A stretch of DNA of 64,000 bases from Promethearchaeota archaeon (GTDB taxonomy: Archaea; Asgardarchaeota; Heimdallarchaeia; Hodarchaeales; Hodarchaeaceae): positions 64,001-128,000 of the forward strand of contig JBHLMN010000017.1 in the NCBI GenBank assembly GCA_048938105.1, given 5' to 3'. The notes under the pieces are model-generated. The model did not search any database. It worked only from the letters and a program-made list of their open reading frames with translations, and was not told the origin of the DNA. Below are positions 49,071-58,860 of this stretch, piece after piece (within the stretch, counting starts at the first letter, position 1; every line of letters starts with the position of its first letter). The position numbers and the translations under genes were made by a program.

Positions 49071-49445
49071 ATGACCATGCTTGAAATTGCTATGAATCAA
49101 ATTAATGTTACTAATCTCGAGGAAGCAATTACTTGGTATACAGAAGTATTAGGATTTAAACTCTCAAAAGAACATTACTACCCTCCTCAAGCTGTGGATT
49201 TAATCCAAAAAGGGGGAATTCGATTACTTTTGTATAAAGTACAAAAACATACTGTGATTGATTACCCAAATCAAGCTCAATCTCTAATAATATTTAGAAC
49301 AGATGATCTAAGAAAACTGAAGAAAGAGTTAACAGAAAAAGGAGTCGAATTCCTCTATTCTGAGGCAAAAGAATTTCCTGCAGGTATTTTTAATGCCTTT
49401 AAAGATCCATATGGTAATGTTCATGAGATCGTCCAAATTCACTAG
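49071..49445 (+). CDS. VOC/glyoxalase-family protein
   Basis: INVTNLEEAITWYTEVLGF...FKDPYGNVHEIVQ. Confidence 0.9.
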   Translation: MTMLEIAMNQINVTNLEEAITWYTEVLGFKLSKEHYYPPQAVDLIQKGGIRLLLYKVQKHTVIDYPNQAQSLIIFRTDDLRKLKKELTEKGVEFLYSEAKEFPAGIFNAFKDPYGNVHEIVQIH

Positions 49446-49627
49446 GCTTTTTGTAAACTGATCCCATTCTTTAAACCCGTCCTTCAGATCCCTTTTATTT
49501 ACCCCATCAAATCAAATAAATCCATTACCTCATGATATTATCTCCAGGGAATCTGTTACCGATAATTCACAGGTTTTCATCAAACAATTCTGAATAATAG
49601 CAAAAATCAAGAGAATATTGATGGTAT

Positions 49628-50842
49628 ATGAAAAGAAATAACATTTTAATCTATTTAGCGACAGCCTTTCTTGCTCTTGGCCAGTCCTTCTCCCGAGGTA
49701 ATTTTCCCTCTTATGTTGAAGTCTTAGGGGGAACTATAGTCAATTATGGTTTCATTCAATCAATCCAAACATTCTCTAATTTATTATTTCTTTTTCCAGC
49801 AGCTTTACTATCAGATAAATTGGGTCACAAACGATTAGTTTTAAGTGGGACTGTAATCTACGCTTTATCATATTTCATTATTGCATTCACCCCACCCCCA
49901 CATTGGGAATATTTGTTGTTGGGAGGTTTTGGAATAGGACTTGGGCAAGGAATGATTATGCCGTCTCAAGTAGCAATTCTGGCTCATAATAATCCGACCG
50001 ATAGGATTAATGTATTCACAAGGAATGAGACAATGAGATGGGGAACCCTAGCTTTAGGATATTTTTTATCATCTTTCTTCTTTATTCTTTTTGAAAATAA
50101 ATTTTCATACGAAAACCTCCAACTAACAATTGTTGTCACCTTATTAGTTGTAACAGCTGCAATAATCCCTTCTTTTTTACTTGTGAATGCTGAAGAGTGG
50201 AGGAATAATGTTGAATCTCAACCAAAGGCTAATATAAAAATGATGTTAAGTAGTCCTGAAGGAACGTATATTATTGGTTTTCTTGGTTTTTCTCTTATAG
50301 TTGGATTTGGTGCAGGCTTCTTAGTACCTTTTGCTCAACCATATTTTGTCAAACGATTTTCCCTTGGACCTTCTGAGATCAATATTATTATGGGTACAGC
50401 TCAAATTCTTACTGCACTTTTTATGGGTAGTATTCCATTTTTGTCTTTTAGATTGGGTAGTAATGCTAGAGTGATTTATTTAACACAAGGGACATCTATT
50501 CCATTAATACTGATTTTAGCATATAGTACAAATCTCCCATTATCGATTTTTGCCTTTCTGTTTCGAATTGTACTCATGAACATGAGTACACCAGCACAGA
50601 CTACTATTGTGCAAGAATATGTTCCTGAAGCTTTTCGGGCAAGGATTCAATCACTAATGCGAATCACAGATCGACTTGGCCGGAGTTTTAGCCCTTCAAT
50701 AAGTGCTATAATGATTGAAGAGACAAATGATTTTTATCTATCTTTTACATTCACAGCAATATTATATTCAACAGCAGTATCAACCCTTTTCTTAATAACA
50801 AGAAATTTAAAGAGAAAATTGACAGTCAAAACAAATTTCTAG
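49628..50842 (+). CDS. MFS transporter
   Basis: LLSDKLGHKR motif, 12 TM pattern, RIVLMNMSTP. Confidence 0.88.
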   Translation: MKRNNILIYLATAFLALGQSFSRGNFPSYVEVLGGTIVNYGFIQSIQTFSNLLFLFPAALLSDKLGHKRLVLSGTVIYALSYFIIAFTPPPHWEYLLLGGFGIGLGQGMIMPSQVAILAHNNPTDRINVFTRNETMRWGTLALGYFLSSFFFILFENKFSYENLQLTIVVTLLVVTAAIIPSFLLVNAEEWRNNVESQPKANIKMMLSSPEGTYIIGFLGFSLIVGFGAGFLVPFAQPYFVKRFSLGPSEINIIMGTAQILTALFMGSIPFLSFRLGSNARVIYLTQGTSIPLILILAYSTNLPLSIFAFLFRIVLMNMSTPAQTTIVQEYVPEAFRARIQSLMRITDRLGRSFSPSISAIMIEETNDFYLSFTFTAILYSTAVSTLFLITRNLKRKLTVKTNF

Positions 50843-50892
50843 AGTTCAGAGATTTTTGTGGACTACTCAATCAGATGTGAGAAATACCTATG

Positions 50893-52263
50893 TCATCTGA
50901 GACTTATTTTCCAAATTGTACGTTTATTTTTCTCTTCAATCATTTCAGGTTCATCTAATGTAAGAGTTTTCAACATACCTATCAAAAATCCTTTTGTAAT
51001 TAAATTTGAGATTTCTTTAGGAAATCTTTCATCAGACCAATCTTTAAGAGTAACTATTATAGAATCTTCTTTCTGAATAACATTAGGTGAGTCTTGTTTT
51101 TCTATAGTTTCTGGTACAGAATATGTACCAATTAAGGATTCAATCCATGCGTTCTGCAAAAAATAAGAATACTCTTTTCCATACCTTACTGATCTTTCAA
51201 CAAGATCAGCTTTTGATTCAGCAAGTACTCTGGGATAAAAAATTAAATAAGAAAAATCATCAGCGATTAATCTAATTTGTTTCTCAAAATAATTTGTAAA
51301 ATCTTCAAATAATCTTTTTAGAACCATAGAGGGAAGAGAGAAAAAGAAAGCCTTAGAAAGGGCAATATTACTACTATCATCATTAATTGTAGTAAAATAG
51401 AATATTCCTTTGTCAAAATAATCAACGAAGTACTTTAAGCAAATATTGACATTTTCAACTAAATTAGCTCTTTTCTCGACGTCAAATTTATGAAGAAATA
51501 TTGATAAACGAGGCGGGGGATCATTAACACGTGAAGCAATTTCCCAAATATCTGTTAAGTAGTCTCTTGCTATTTGAAATAGCTCTCGATTTTGGATATC
51601 AATTACAAACACGATTGCTGCAATTCCTTTCCAACTTATGTCTCGTGAAATATACTCTTGACGAAAATTAGATTGTCCCCCAAAATCCTTTACTAAGAGC
51701 TTCTGTCGTAAAAAGTCCTCGAATTTAAGAGATGTCTCTATGCCTATAGTAGGTTTAATGTCTTTAATTTCTTCAGCTGACCATCTATCAAAAAAAACAT
51801 TTTTGATAGAAGTTTTACCAGCCAGAGCGAGGCCTACTAGTGCGACTTTTGAAGGAGGAGGAGCTTTTGAGATTCTTTTCGACTTCATATAGAATTTCTC
51901 TATAATCCGAACCAAATTTAACTGAAAAATCTTTTTCGTTTCATCTATTTCATTCTCTGCGAGAATTTGAGATGTTTCTAACGCTAATTCTTTAGTAAAT
52001 GGTTCTATTGATTGAAATGTCACTGATTCATCAAAAAGAAGACGAATGTGGAATTTTTTAAAAGGAATGAAAAATAGACATTTGTTTGAGAACATTATAT
52101 GTTGGATCTTAGATTTATTCTCGTTTCCCTTAGACATATTCTCAAGTGCATTAAATAAAATAGAAATATAATGGAAATTGACATACTCTTTTGAAGAGGG
52201 TTTATTTTCGTATCTGAATAATTCCACTTTATCAAAGTTATTAATTGTTGCCAGTCGAAGCAT
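50893..52263 (-). CDS. Rag/Arf-like small GTPase with N-terminal longin/roadblock-like and C-terminal V4R/Bet3-like extensions
   Basis: G1 GLALAGKTS, PTIG, G3 DFGGQ, G4 HKFD and G5 TTIND (Rag-type HKxD and TSIxD). About 135-aa N-terminal and about 140-aa C-terminal extra domains. Confidence 0.8.
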   Translation of the reverse strand: MLRLATINNFDKVELFRYENKPSSKEYVNFHYISILFNALENMSKGNENKSKIQHIMFSNKCLFFIPFKKFHIRLLFDESVTFQSIEPFTKELALETSQILAENEIDETKKIFQLNLVRIIEKFYMKSKRISKAPPPSKVALVGLALAGKTSIKNVFFDRWSAEEIKDIKPTIGIETSLKFEDFLRQKLLVKDFGGQSNFRQEYISRDISWKGIAAIVFVIDIQNRELFQIARDYLTDIWEIASRVNDPPPRLSIFLHKFDVEKRANLVENVNICLKYFVDYFDKGIFYFTTINDDSSNIALSKAFFFSLPSMVLKRLFEDFTNYFEKQIRLIADDFSYLIFYPRVLAESKADLVERSVRYGKEYSYFLQNAWIESLIGTYSVPETIEKQDSPNVIQKEDSIIVTLKDWSDERFPKEISNLITKGFLIGMLKTLTLDEPEMIEEKNKRTIWKISLR

Positions 52264-52458
52264 TCTAGAATCACTATTCCAGTCAAAGAATAAAATGCGA
52301 TTTTACTCCATAACCTAAACCTAGTATCACTAGTATAATGCTGCAATAATTTAAATATTAGCATTTATTTGACATTATTTTTCATATAGATTTTATATTA
52401 TCTCTTTTCAATGAAGTTAAAGATGCTAACATCTAGATATCGCTAATATTACACATTT

Positions 52459-53040
52459 TCATTTAATTGTATTTAGAATCGCAGAGATCTTAATCCAATA
52501 GTTCTTAAGATCTGGATGTTTTCCATTCTTGATTTGGCTAGATATTTGTTTCAATATATTCCTTAGCTCTAATGAATCTGAACAACTAATTTTAGGGGAA
52601 ATCAGAGCAATTAAGTATTTACATTGGCCTCCTCTTATTTCATCATCTTCAAAAAAGTCAAAAAAAATGAAACTATCGTGTTGGACATATTCTATTCTCA
52701 ACAAGAGATCTTGAGGAGCAATAGCGTCCGCATAACCATAAATAGCGACTGATGCTTGGAATAAATAATTTCCAATTGTTTCTATAGGAATAAAAGAAAT
52801 GTCCAATAAATGGGGGGGATAATTATCTTGAAGTGTCGGACCACTTTCTTCATCCCAGATTATCCAGAATAAAATTTGAGAATCTGTTTTATGTGATGAG
52901 AGAAATGAATTGTAACAACTTTGTGTCTCCTTATCAACGTTTTTAGCTTCTAAATGTGAATTATTCAACTTAGTAAATCTGCTAATATAAGATTTAAAGG
53001 TGGAAATGAGTCTTTTCAAGAAACTAACACCTTTATCCAT
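52459..53040 (-). CDS. Stand-alone uDENN/longin protein (FLCN/SMCR8/NPRL2-like)
   Basis: FWIIWDEESGPTLQDNYP (uDENN 'FdxxxGP') and FEDDEIRGGQCKYLIALI (FLCN-type DxxxRGxQxxY). Confidence 0.65.
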   Translation of the reverse strand: MDKGVSFLKRLISTFKSYISRFTKLNNSHLEAKNVDKETQSCYNSFLSSHKTDSQILFWIIWDEESGPTLQDNYPPHLLDISFIPIETIGNYLFQASVAIYGYADAIAPQDLLLRIEYVQHDSFIFFDFFEDDEIRGGQCKYLIALISPKISCSDSLELRNILKQISSQIKNGKHPDLKNYWIKISAILNTIK

Positions 53041-53420
53041 TGATTAACATGTTTTGATTAATTTTATTCCTTACTATATCTTCATAAAAGGAGAATAACA
53101 TCTTTCTCTCATATATCTCTATATAAATATTCAATTCAAAGATTCGGAAGCCTGTCGAAGTACATATCTTAGTCATACATTTTAAACATAATTAAATAAA
53201 TCATTATAATTCGTCTTGTCAATCTTTTATAATTGATCTCGAGACAGTAGTATAGATAAAAGTAAAAAATGTATGAATCTATGAGATTAAGAATCTTATA
53301 AGAACATGTCATAATATCACATTCACATATATATCATAATTTGCTATAATTTTATCCTTTCTCTCATTAGAATGGAAATTAAGGAAAAATTCACAATTGA
53401 ATTAAAATAGATGAAATATA

Positions 53421-53987
53421 ATGGTTCGAACTTTCATATGTGTTGAAATAAATGATTTAGAAGTAGTTAAACAAATCGAAGACCAAATTAGAAAGATCAG
53501 ATTTGAAGGAGTTCGAGCGGTCAAACCAAATCAATTGCATCTGACATTGAAGTTCTTGGGAGAAGTACCGGAATCCCAAATAGTATCGATCAAGCAAGCA
53601 ATACAAGCAATTGAGTCTCCTTCTTTTAACATATCATTAGAGGGATTGGGCTGTTTTCCCAATCTTAATTATATACGGGTTGTATGGATTGGAATAACAA
53701 AAGGAAATGATAATCTTAAACAACTTGCCAACATGATAGATGAAAATCTTAATTCAATTGGGTTTCCAAAAGAGAAAAGACGTTTTTCTCCCCATTTGAC
53801 TCTGGCTCGGGTAAAAAAATTACGTGATTCTGATAAAAAACAATTAACTGCCATTATCCGAGACTCGAAAACCATTCACATTGGAGTTCAAATGATAGAG
53901 GAATTAATCCTCAAGAAAAGTACTCTAACACCAAAGGGTCCTATTTATGAAGATTTACTTGTTGTTCCGATGAAGTACAAGAGTTGA
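53421..53987 (+). CDS. thpR: RNA 2',3'-cyclic phosphodiesterase (2'-5' RNA ligase)
   Basis: Two HxT motifs (HLTLKFLG, FSPHLTLARVK), STLTPKGPIY. Confidence 0.95.
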   Translation: MVRTFICVEINDLEVVKQIEDQIRKIRFEGVRAVKPNQLHLTLKFLGEVPESQIVSIKQAIQAIESPSFNISLEGLGCFPNLNYIRVVWIGITKGNDNLKQLANMIDENLNSIGFPKEKRRFSPHLTLARVKKLRDSDKKQLTAIIRDSKTIHIGVQMIEELILKKSTLTPKGPIYEDLLVVPMKYKS

Positions 53988-54106
53988 GTTTAGCTTTCAT
54001 AAGAAGGTTTTTATCTTCAATTGATAGTAGAGAGAAGATAATAAGTTCCCCTCTAACATTCGATAAACCTTCCCTCCCCCTTAATTGTCACGAGTTGTTA
54101 AAACAA

Positions 54107-55066
54107 ATGACTCAAAGCATTTCTGATTTGAAATATGGGATCATTAGAAAGGTAGTTCAGTTCGCTGCACTGTTTGGCTATCGCTTAGAGATTGAGGGGA
54201 GACGTGAGAATCTAAGTGATAAAATCGATGAGCTACGAGAAGGAGTCATCTTTGCAGGAAATCATGAAAGTGTAATTGATGCATTTTTGATGGGATTGAT
54301 AGTTCCACCAGAGATGAAAGAAAAGAGAATATATTTTTTAGGAAAAAAAAGTGCACTTTGGAGGAACAGATTTTGGGGATCAATGATGAATTATTTTGGA
54401 GTTATTCCGGTAAAAAAACGAGGGAATCAAGAAGCCATTAGAAGAGGGATTGATGTTTTACAACACAATCAAGCATTAGGAATTTTTCCAGAAGGACATA
54501 TTCGTTACTCTCGGAAAGAATTAGAAGGTAAAGTAGGAGTTGCTCGCTTTGCTTTCGAGACTGAATCACCTGTTATACCCGTCGGTATAATCGGTACGGA
54601 TGGTATTTTACCCTATGGAGGTAATTGGCCTTCTCCTGGAAGAAAGGTCACCTTACGTGTTGGAAATCCCATTTTTCTCCGTTATGATTATGATCGGAAA
54701 GATATGTTCGATCCTTATGCTCTTCGTGCAGCCACTGATCTAATCATGCATGAAATTCGTATTTTGTCTCAAGGGTATGGGATTCCTCCAAATGAAGCCC
54801 ACTCATTACGCTGTATGGATGGAATTCAACAAGTGATGACCCCTCCGAAGTGGCTTTTAAAGAAAAAGAAAATCGTGGAAGAATGGGATAGGAAAAAAAA
54901 GAGGATAGATATTGTAGATTCGTTTGAGGATTGGATAGCAGGAGTCCCTCAATCAAAATCAAAGCGAATTCGAAAGAAAACTGGGAAAAAGAGTATTCTA
55001 AAGACCCCAGAGTATAAATCCACGCCAACAGATGAATTTTTGAAGTGGCTAGACGATCAGCTCTGA
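54107..55066 (+). CDS. PlsC-like lysophospholipid acyltransferase with basic C-terminal extension
   Basis: NHESVID (HxxxxD), FLGKK, GIFPEG, GVARFA, PVIPVGI. Start at ATG 54107 or TTG 53984. Confidence 0.88.
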   Translation: MTQSISDLKYGIIRKVVQFAALFGYRLEIEGRRENLSDKIDELREGVIFAGNHESVIDAFLMGLIVPPEMKEKRIYFLGKKSALWRNRFWGSMMNYFGVIPVKKRGNQEAIRRGIDVLQHNQALGIFPEGHIRYSRKELEGKVGVARFAFETESPVIPVGIIGTDGILPYGGNWPSPGRKVTLRVGNPIFLRYDYDRKDMFDPYALRAATDLIMHEIRILSQGYGIPPNEAHSLRCMDGIQQVMTPPKWLLKKKKIVEEWDRKKKRIDIVDSFEDWIAGVPQSKSKRIRKKTGKKSILKTPEYKSTPTDEFLKWLDDQL

Positions 55067-55168
55067 CATTAGAACTAAAGATTCGCTTAAAAGCACGATT
55101 TATGATAGGAATATGCTAGATATTGGATCTATGTTGCTGAAAATAATGCTATGAATCAAAAGCTAAAA

Positions 55169-56179
55169 TTATGGCTTCCAGCCGAATTTTAGTGGTTTAC
55201 CTTTGATAAAATTAAGAACATCTTCAGTAATCATATTTGTTTGATGACGAACAACATCAGCAGTATTTCCTCCAAAATGAGGCATTACAGTCACATTATC
55301 AAACTCTAAGAAGCGATTCTCCGAATCAACTGGTTCATCATCAAAAACATCAAGACCAGCTCCAGCTATTCTCTTTTCTTTGATAGCACTATATAGTGCA
55401 TCTTCATCAATACAATAAGAACGAGCAAGATTAAAGAAATGAGCTGTTGGTTTCATTAGGGAAAACATCTCTGCATTTATCAACTCTTCTGTCTCTTCAA
55501 CGGGAGGAGTATGAATAGTAATCATATCAGACTCTTTCATTAATCTCTCAAGTGAAACCTTTTTCCCTTTAGTTTCAAGCACAAGCTCGTGATTTTCTGC
55601 AACATAGGGGTCAAAATAAAGTATTTTACATCCAAAACCTTTATGCAGCCTTTGTGCTACTCGGGAACCGATAGCTCCGAAACCGATTATTCCTATAGTT
55701 AAACCATTGAGTTCCACACCCCGAAAACGATTATAAAACTCTGCAAAATCCTCTTCACTTTCAAGCTCTGCAGTATTAAATTTACCACTCTTAAGAAACC
55801 GATCAATTTCGATCATTTTACGAGCTTGAACAAGTATCATTGCTACTGTGAGATCCGCTACAGCATCAGCATTTCGATGAGGAGTATGAATTACGGGAAT
55901 GTTTTTATCGTTAGCTGCTTCCTCGTCAACATTTACAGGAGTACCTCTAGTTGATGCTATAAGTTTGAGATTTGTTTTTTCGATTACCCATGCATCTACT
56001 TCATCAGCTTCTGTTATGAAGATATCAACCTTATTATCATTTAATTTTTGAATGAGTTCATCCTCATCGAAATAGATCTTTCCTGTATCTCTCCAACTCT
56101 CATAAATAACCTCACAGTGTTCCTGTAAATTTTTTATTCCACTTTCGTGGAAGGGAGCAGTAATTAGGATTTTCACCAA
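55169..56179 (-). CDS. D-isomer-specific 2-hydroxyacid dehydrogenase (SerA-like)
   Basis: GIIGFGAIG, FNLAR, AGLDVFDDEP, MPHFGG. Confidence 0.9.
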   Translation of the reverse strand: MVKILITAPFHESGIKNLQEHCEVIYESWRDTGKIYFDEDELIQKLNDNKVDIFITEADEVDAWVIEKTNLKLIASTRGTPVNVDEEAANDKNIPVIHTPHRNADAVADLTVAMILVQARKMIEIDRFLKSGKFNTAELESEEDFAEFYNRFRGVELNGLTIGIIGFGAIGSRVAQRLHKGFGCKILYFDPYVAENHELVLETKGKKVSLERLMKESDMITIHTPPVEETEELINAEMFSLMKPTAHFFNLARSYCIDEDALYSAIKEKRIAGAGLDVFDDEPVDSENRFLEFDNVTVMPHFGGNTADVVRHQTNMITEDVLNFIKGKPLKFGWKP

Positions 56180-56201
56180 TAATTCCTCTTAATAATAGGC
56201 T

Positions 56202-57710
56202 TTAATCTTCTTCTCTTGATTTTTCATATGTCTCCAGCCATTGAGAAAAGAGATTACTATACTCAGACTGATAATCTTCATTAGGAGAGAAGATTTCTTT
56301 CTCTGGTATCAACTGAGAGACTGCCTCATTTACTGTTTTGAAATAACCAGTACCAATCATGCATGAAATAAAACCAGCTACAGAGGCTCCCTCTGGTACA
56401 AAAACGTGAACGTCAGATTGAACAACATCTGCTGTAACTTGACAAAATGCCTTTGATCGAGCTAATCCTCCAACTACATAAATGGTTTCCAGTGGCGAAT
56501 CCACTACGTTAAGAATTTGTTCCATATTTGCCCGTACAGAAAAGGAGAGATTTTCAACAACTGCTCTTGCAAAAGCACCAACATCAAGGTTACCTTCCAA
56601 CATGTACGCTATAGGAGAGAAAATGAATCCTCCTGTTGGAATTCGTAACATATCCTGAGCGTTAAAGATCTGTGGCCCAATATCAGCCTGAACTCCTCCT
56701 GCTCCAGGCTTTTGGGAAAAAACAAGTTCTTCAAATTTGCCGTAGGGGTTTTCAACTCCTAGTTTGGCCAAAAATGAGTCAACAAACCACTGATGAGCAT
56801 CTCCAGCAGATCCTGCATTTGATTCAATTACCCAGTTTCCTAAGAAAGGATTTGTCCAAACACGTCTTTCAGGATCCAAAATAGGACGATCAACGACAAA
56901 ATAAATTGGCATGGTTGAACCAGCAACAACTCCTAAAGATCCTTTGTTTATTGCTCCACAGCCAATAAGGGATGCTTGACTATCAGCACAACCCATAAAA
57001 ACTGGAATCTGCGATTTTAAACCTAATTTTTCAGCAAAACTAGGAAGAATAGGCGCGATAAGCTCTCCAAACTCTAAAATCCTAGGTAGGATCTCATGAG
57101 AAATTCCAAACTCTTCAAGGATCGTTTCTGACCAATTTTTCTTCGTAATATTATAGAGGAGCGTTTCACTTGCCCCAGTCTCATCGATAGCATACTGACC
57201 AGTTAAACGAAAATTTACCCATCCATCAATTGTCAAGAGATGCTTGATTTTTTCATATGTTTCCTCCTCATTCTCTTGAAACCATAATAATCTAGCTAAT
57301 GGAAATATAAAGGGAAGACCTCTACCAGTAATATCATAAATTACATCGTTTTCCATGTACTCTTCTGTATCAATTTCTAAACCACGAACATCGCGATTTG
57401 GACCTGCATACAATTCTTTTCCATCTTTGTTAAGAAAAACGCACCCCTGTCTTTGAGATGTAGTAGAAATTGCCTTGATACTTCTTGGATCAATCTTTGC
57501 ATAATCAATAACATCTTTTACTGTTTTTATGATAATATTCCAGAATTGATCAGGATCAAATTCATGTCCATATGGTGCCAAATCTTCTGGTATATGATAT
57601 AAGTGACTCCATTTTGATTTTGCAAAACCAATAATCTGACCATTCTCGTTACCGATAACAGCTTTTCCTCCACTTGTTCCCGCATCTATCGTTAAAAAAT
57701 AATCAGTCAT
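56202..57710 (-). CDS. FGGY-family carbohydrate kinase
   Basis: IDAGTSGGKA, TSQRQG, ADSQASLIG, VVGGLARS. Confidence 0.9.
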   Translation of the reverse strand: MTDYFLTIDAGTSGGKAVIGNENGQIIGFAKSKWSHLYHIPEDLAPYGHEFDPDQFWNIIIKTVKDVIDYAKIDPRSIKAISTTSQRQGCVFLNKDGKELYAGPNRDVRGLEIDTEEYMENDVIYDITGRGLPFIFPLARLLWFQENEEETYEKIKHLLTIDGWVNFRLTGQYAIDETGASETLLYNITKKNWSETILEEFGISHEILPRILEFGELIAPILPSFAEKLGLKSQIPVFMGCADSQASLIGCGAINKGSLGVVAGSTMPIYFVVDRPILDPERRVWTNPFLGNWVIESNAGSAGDAHQWFVDSFLAKLGVENPYGKFEELVFSQKPGAGGVQADIGPQIFNAQDMLRIPTGGFIFSPIAYMLEGNLDVGAFARAVVENLSFSVRANMEQILNVVDSPLETIYVVGGLARSKAFCQVTADVVQSDVHVFVPEGASVAGFISCMIGTGYFKTVNEAVSQLIPEKEIFSPNEDYQSEYSNLFSQWLETYEKSREED

Positions 57711-57724
57711 ATAACTTTCAACTC

Positions 57725-58345
57725 TTAATCAAATCCAGGAAATCTCCGTAATTCTCCCCCAAATTGTTGGGCGTTCAAATAAAGTCGTAAATATTCTTCA
57801 AGTGCTCGAGTTTTAATTGCAGCCTCTCTAAATGTTTCCCCCACCGCAACAACACCATGATTTTCCAGAATCACAATACTAGAATCCCATAGTTTATCAG
57901 CTACGGCTTCTCCAAGCTCTTCTGAACCTGATTGCTCATATGGCACTATCACAATTTCAGGAACCAGAAAACCTAATTCAGCAGTTAACGGGGGAAATTG
58001 GGGAGGATTCTTGAGAACAGATAGAGCAGTTGCCAACGGCGCATGGCTATGGATGATGACCTTGAAATCCTCGTCTTCTTTATAGATTCGTAGATGCATT
58101 GGCCATTCAACAGAAGGATTCATATCTGTGTCTTCAGATACTACTTCACCTGTCAATGACATTTTAATTAAATGGTTAGGTTCAACTATATTCTTTTTCA
58201 ATCCAGAAGGAGTTATCCAGAAAAATTGGTCCTTATCTTCTGACCGAAAACTTAAATTTCCTCCCACATCCGTAAGAATCCGTTCACTATATAGTTCCTT
58301 CATAGTTTGACATAATTCTACCTTGATTTTTTGATCAGAAGTCAA
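57725..58345 (-). CDS. Class II aldolase/adducin family (FucA-like)
   Basis: GGNLSFR, ITPSG, PSVEWPMH, IIHSHAP, LENHGV. Start probably TTG 58345. Confidence 0.9.
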   Translation of the reverse strand: MTSDQKIKVELCQTMKELYSERILTDVGGNLSFRSEDKDQFFWITPSGLKKNIVEPNHLIKMSLTGEVVSEDTDMNPSVEWPMHLRIYKEDEDFKVIIHSHAPLATALSVLKNPPQFPPLTAELGFLVPEIVIVPYEQSGSEELGEAVADKLWDSSIVILENHGVVAVGETFREAAIKTRALEEYLRLYLNAQQFGGELRRFPGFD

Positions 58346-58437
58346 TTCAAAACGTCCATTATATGTATAACTAAAAATAAAAACAAAATTAGCAATAGTT
58401 ATTTTCAATAGATAAAGGGATGACTATGAACATATCC

Positions 58438-58776
58438 TTATTTCATTAGTTTTTGAAGTTTTAAGAGATCAGGCATACTACCTTTTACTTTCAGCTTTTT
58501 ACTAGTGTAAGCTTTCATTCCACCAATTTCGCCAGCCATAATGCCTTTCCATGTTGCAGCATCAGTTGTGATTTTCACGTGGACTTTTCCATCTGGAGCT
58601 CCTTCGATAACTTCACTAGGTACACCATTTTCAATGTTTGTGTGGAATGTTTTTTCCAAATCAGTGAATTCAAAAACCATAGTTTTTGACCACTTTCGGA
58701 AAGTCTTTTGAGCTTTTTCCGTTTTAAAATTCTCCAGCATCTTATTTATTGCATCAATTGCTTCCTGTTCTGACAT
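58438..58776 (-). CDS. SCP2 sterol/lipid-binding domain protein
   Basis: ITTDAATWKGIMAGEIGGMKAYTSKKLKVKGSMPDLLKL. Confidence 0.9.
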   Translation of the reverse strand: MSEQEAIDAINKMLENFKTEKAQKTFRKWSKTMVFEFTDLEKTFHTNIENGVPSEVIEGAPDGKVHVKITTDAATWKGIMAGEIGGMKAYTSKKLKVKGSMPDLLKLQKLMK

Positions 58777-58860
58777 TATTACTCACATGTGAACATTGAT
58801 TTCATTGGTTAAACAAGATTCGATTTCTCATCCATATCTAAAAGGGTTTTCTTCATTCCA

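Noticed and set aside
56202-57710. Assigning lsrK / AI-2 quorum sensing
   Set aside because: Only subfamily-level resemblance; no lsrABCD/F/G genes nearby.
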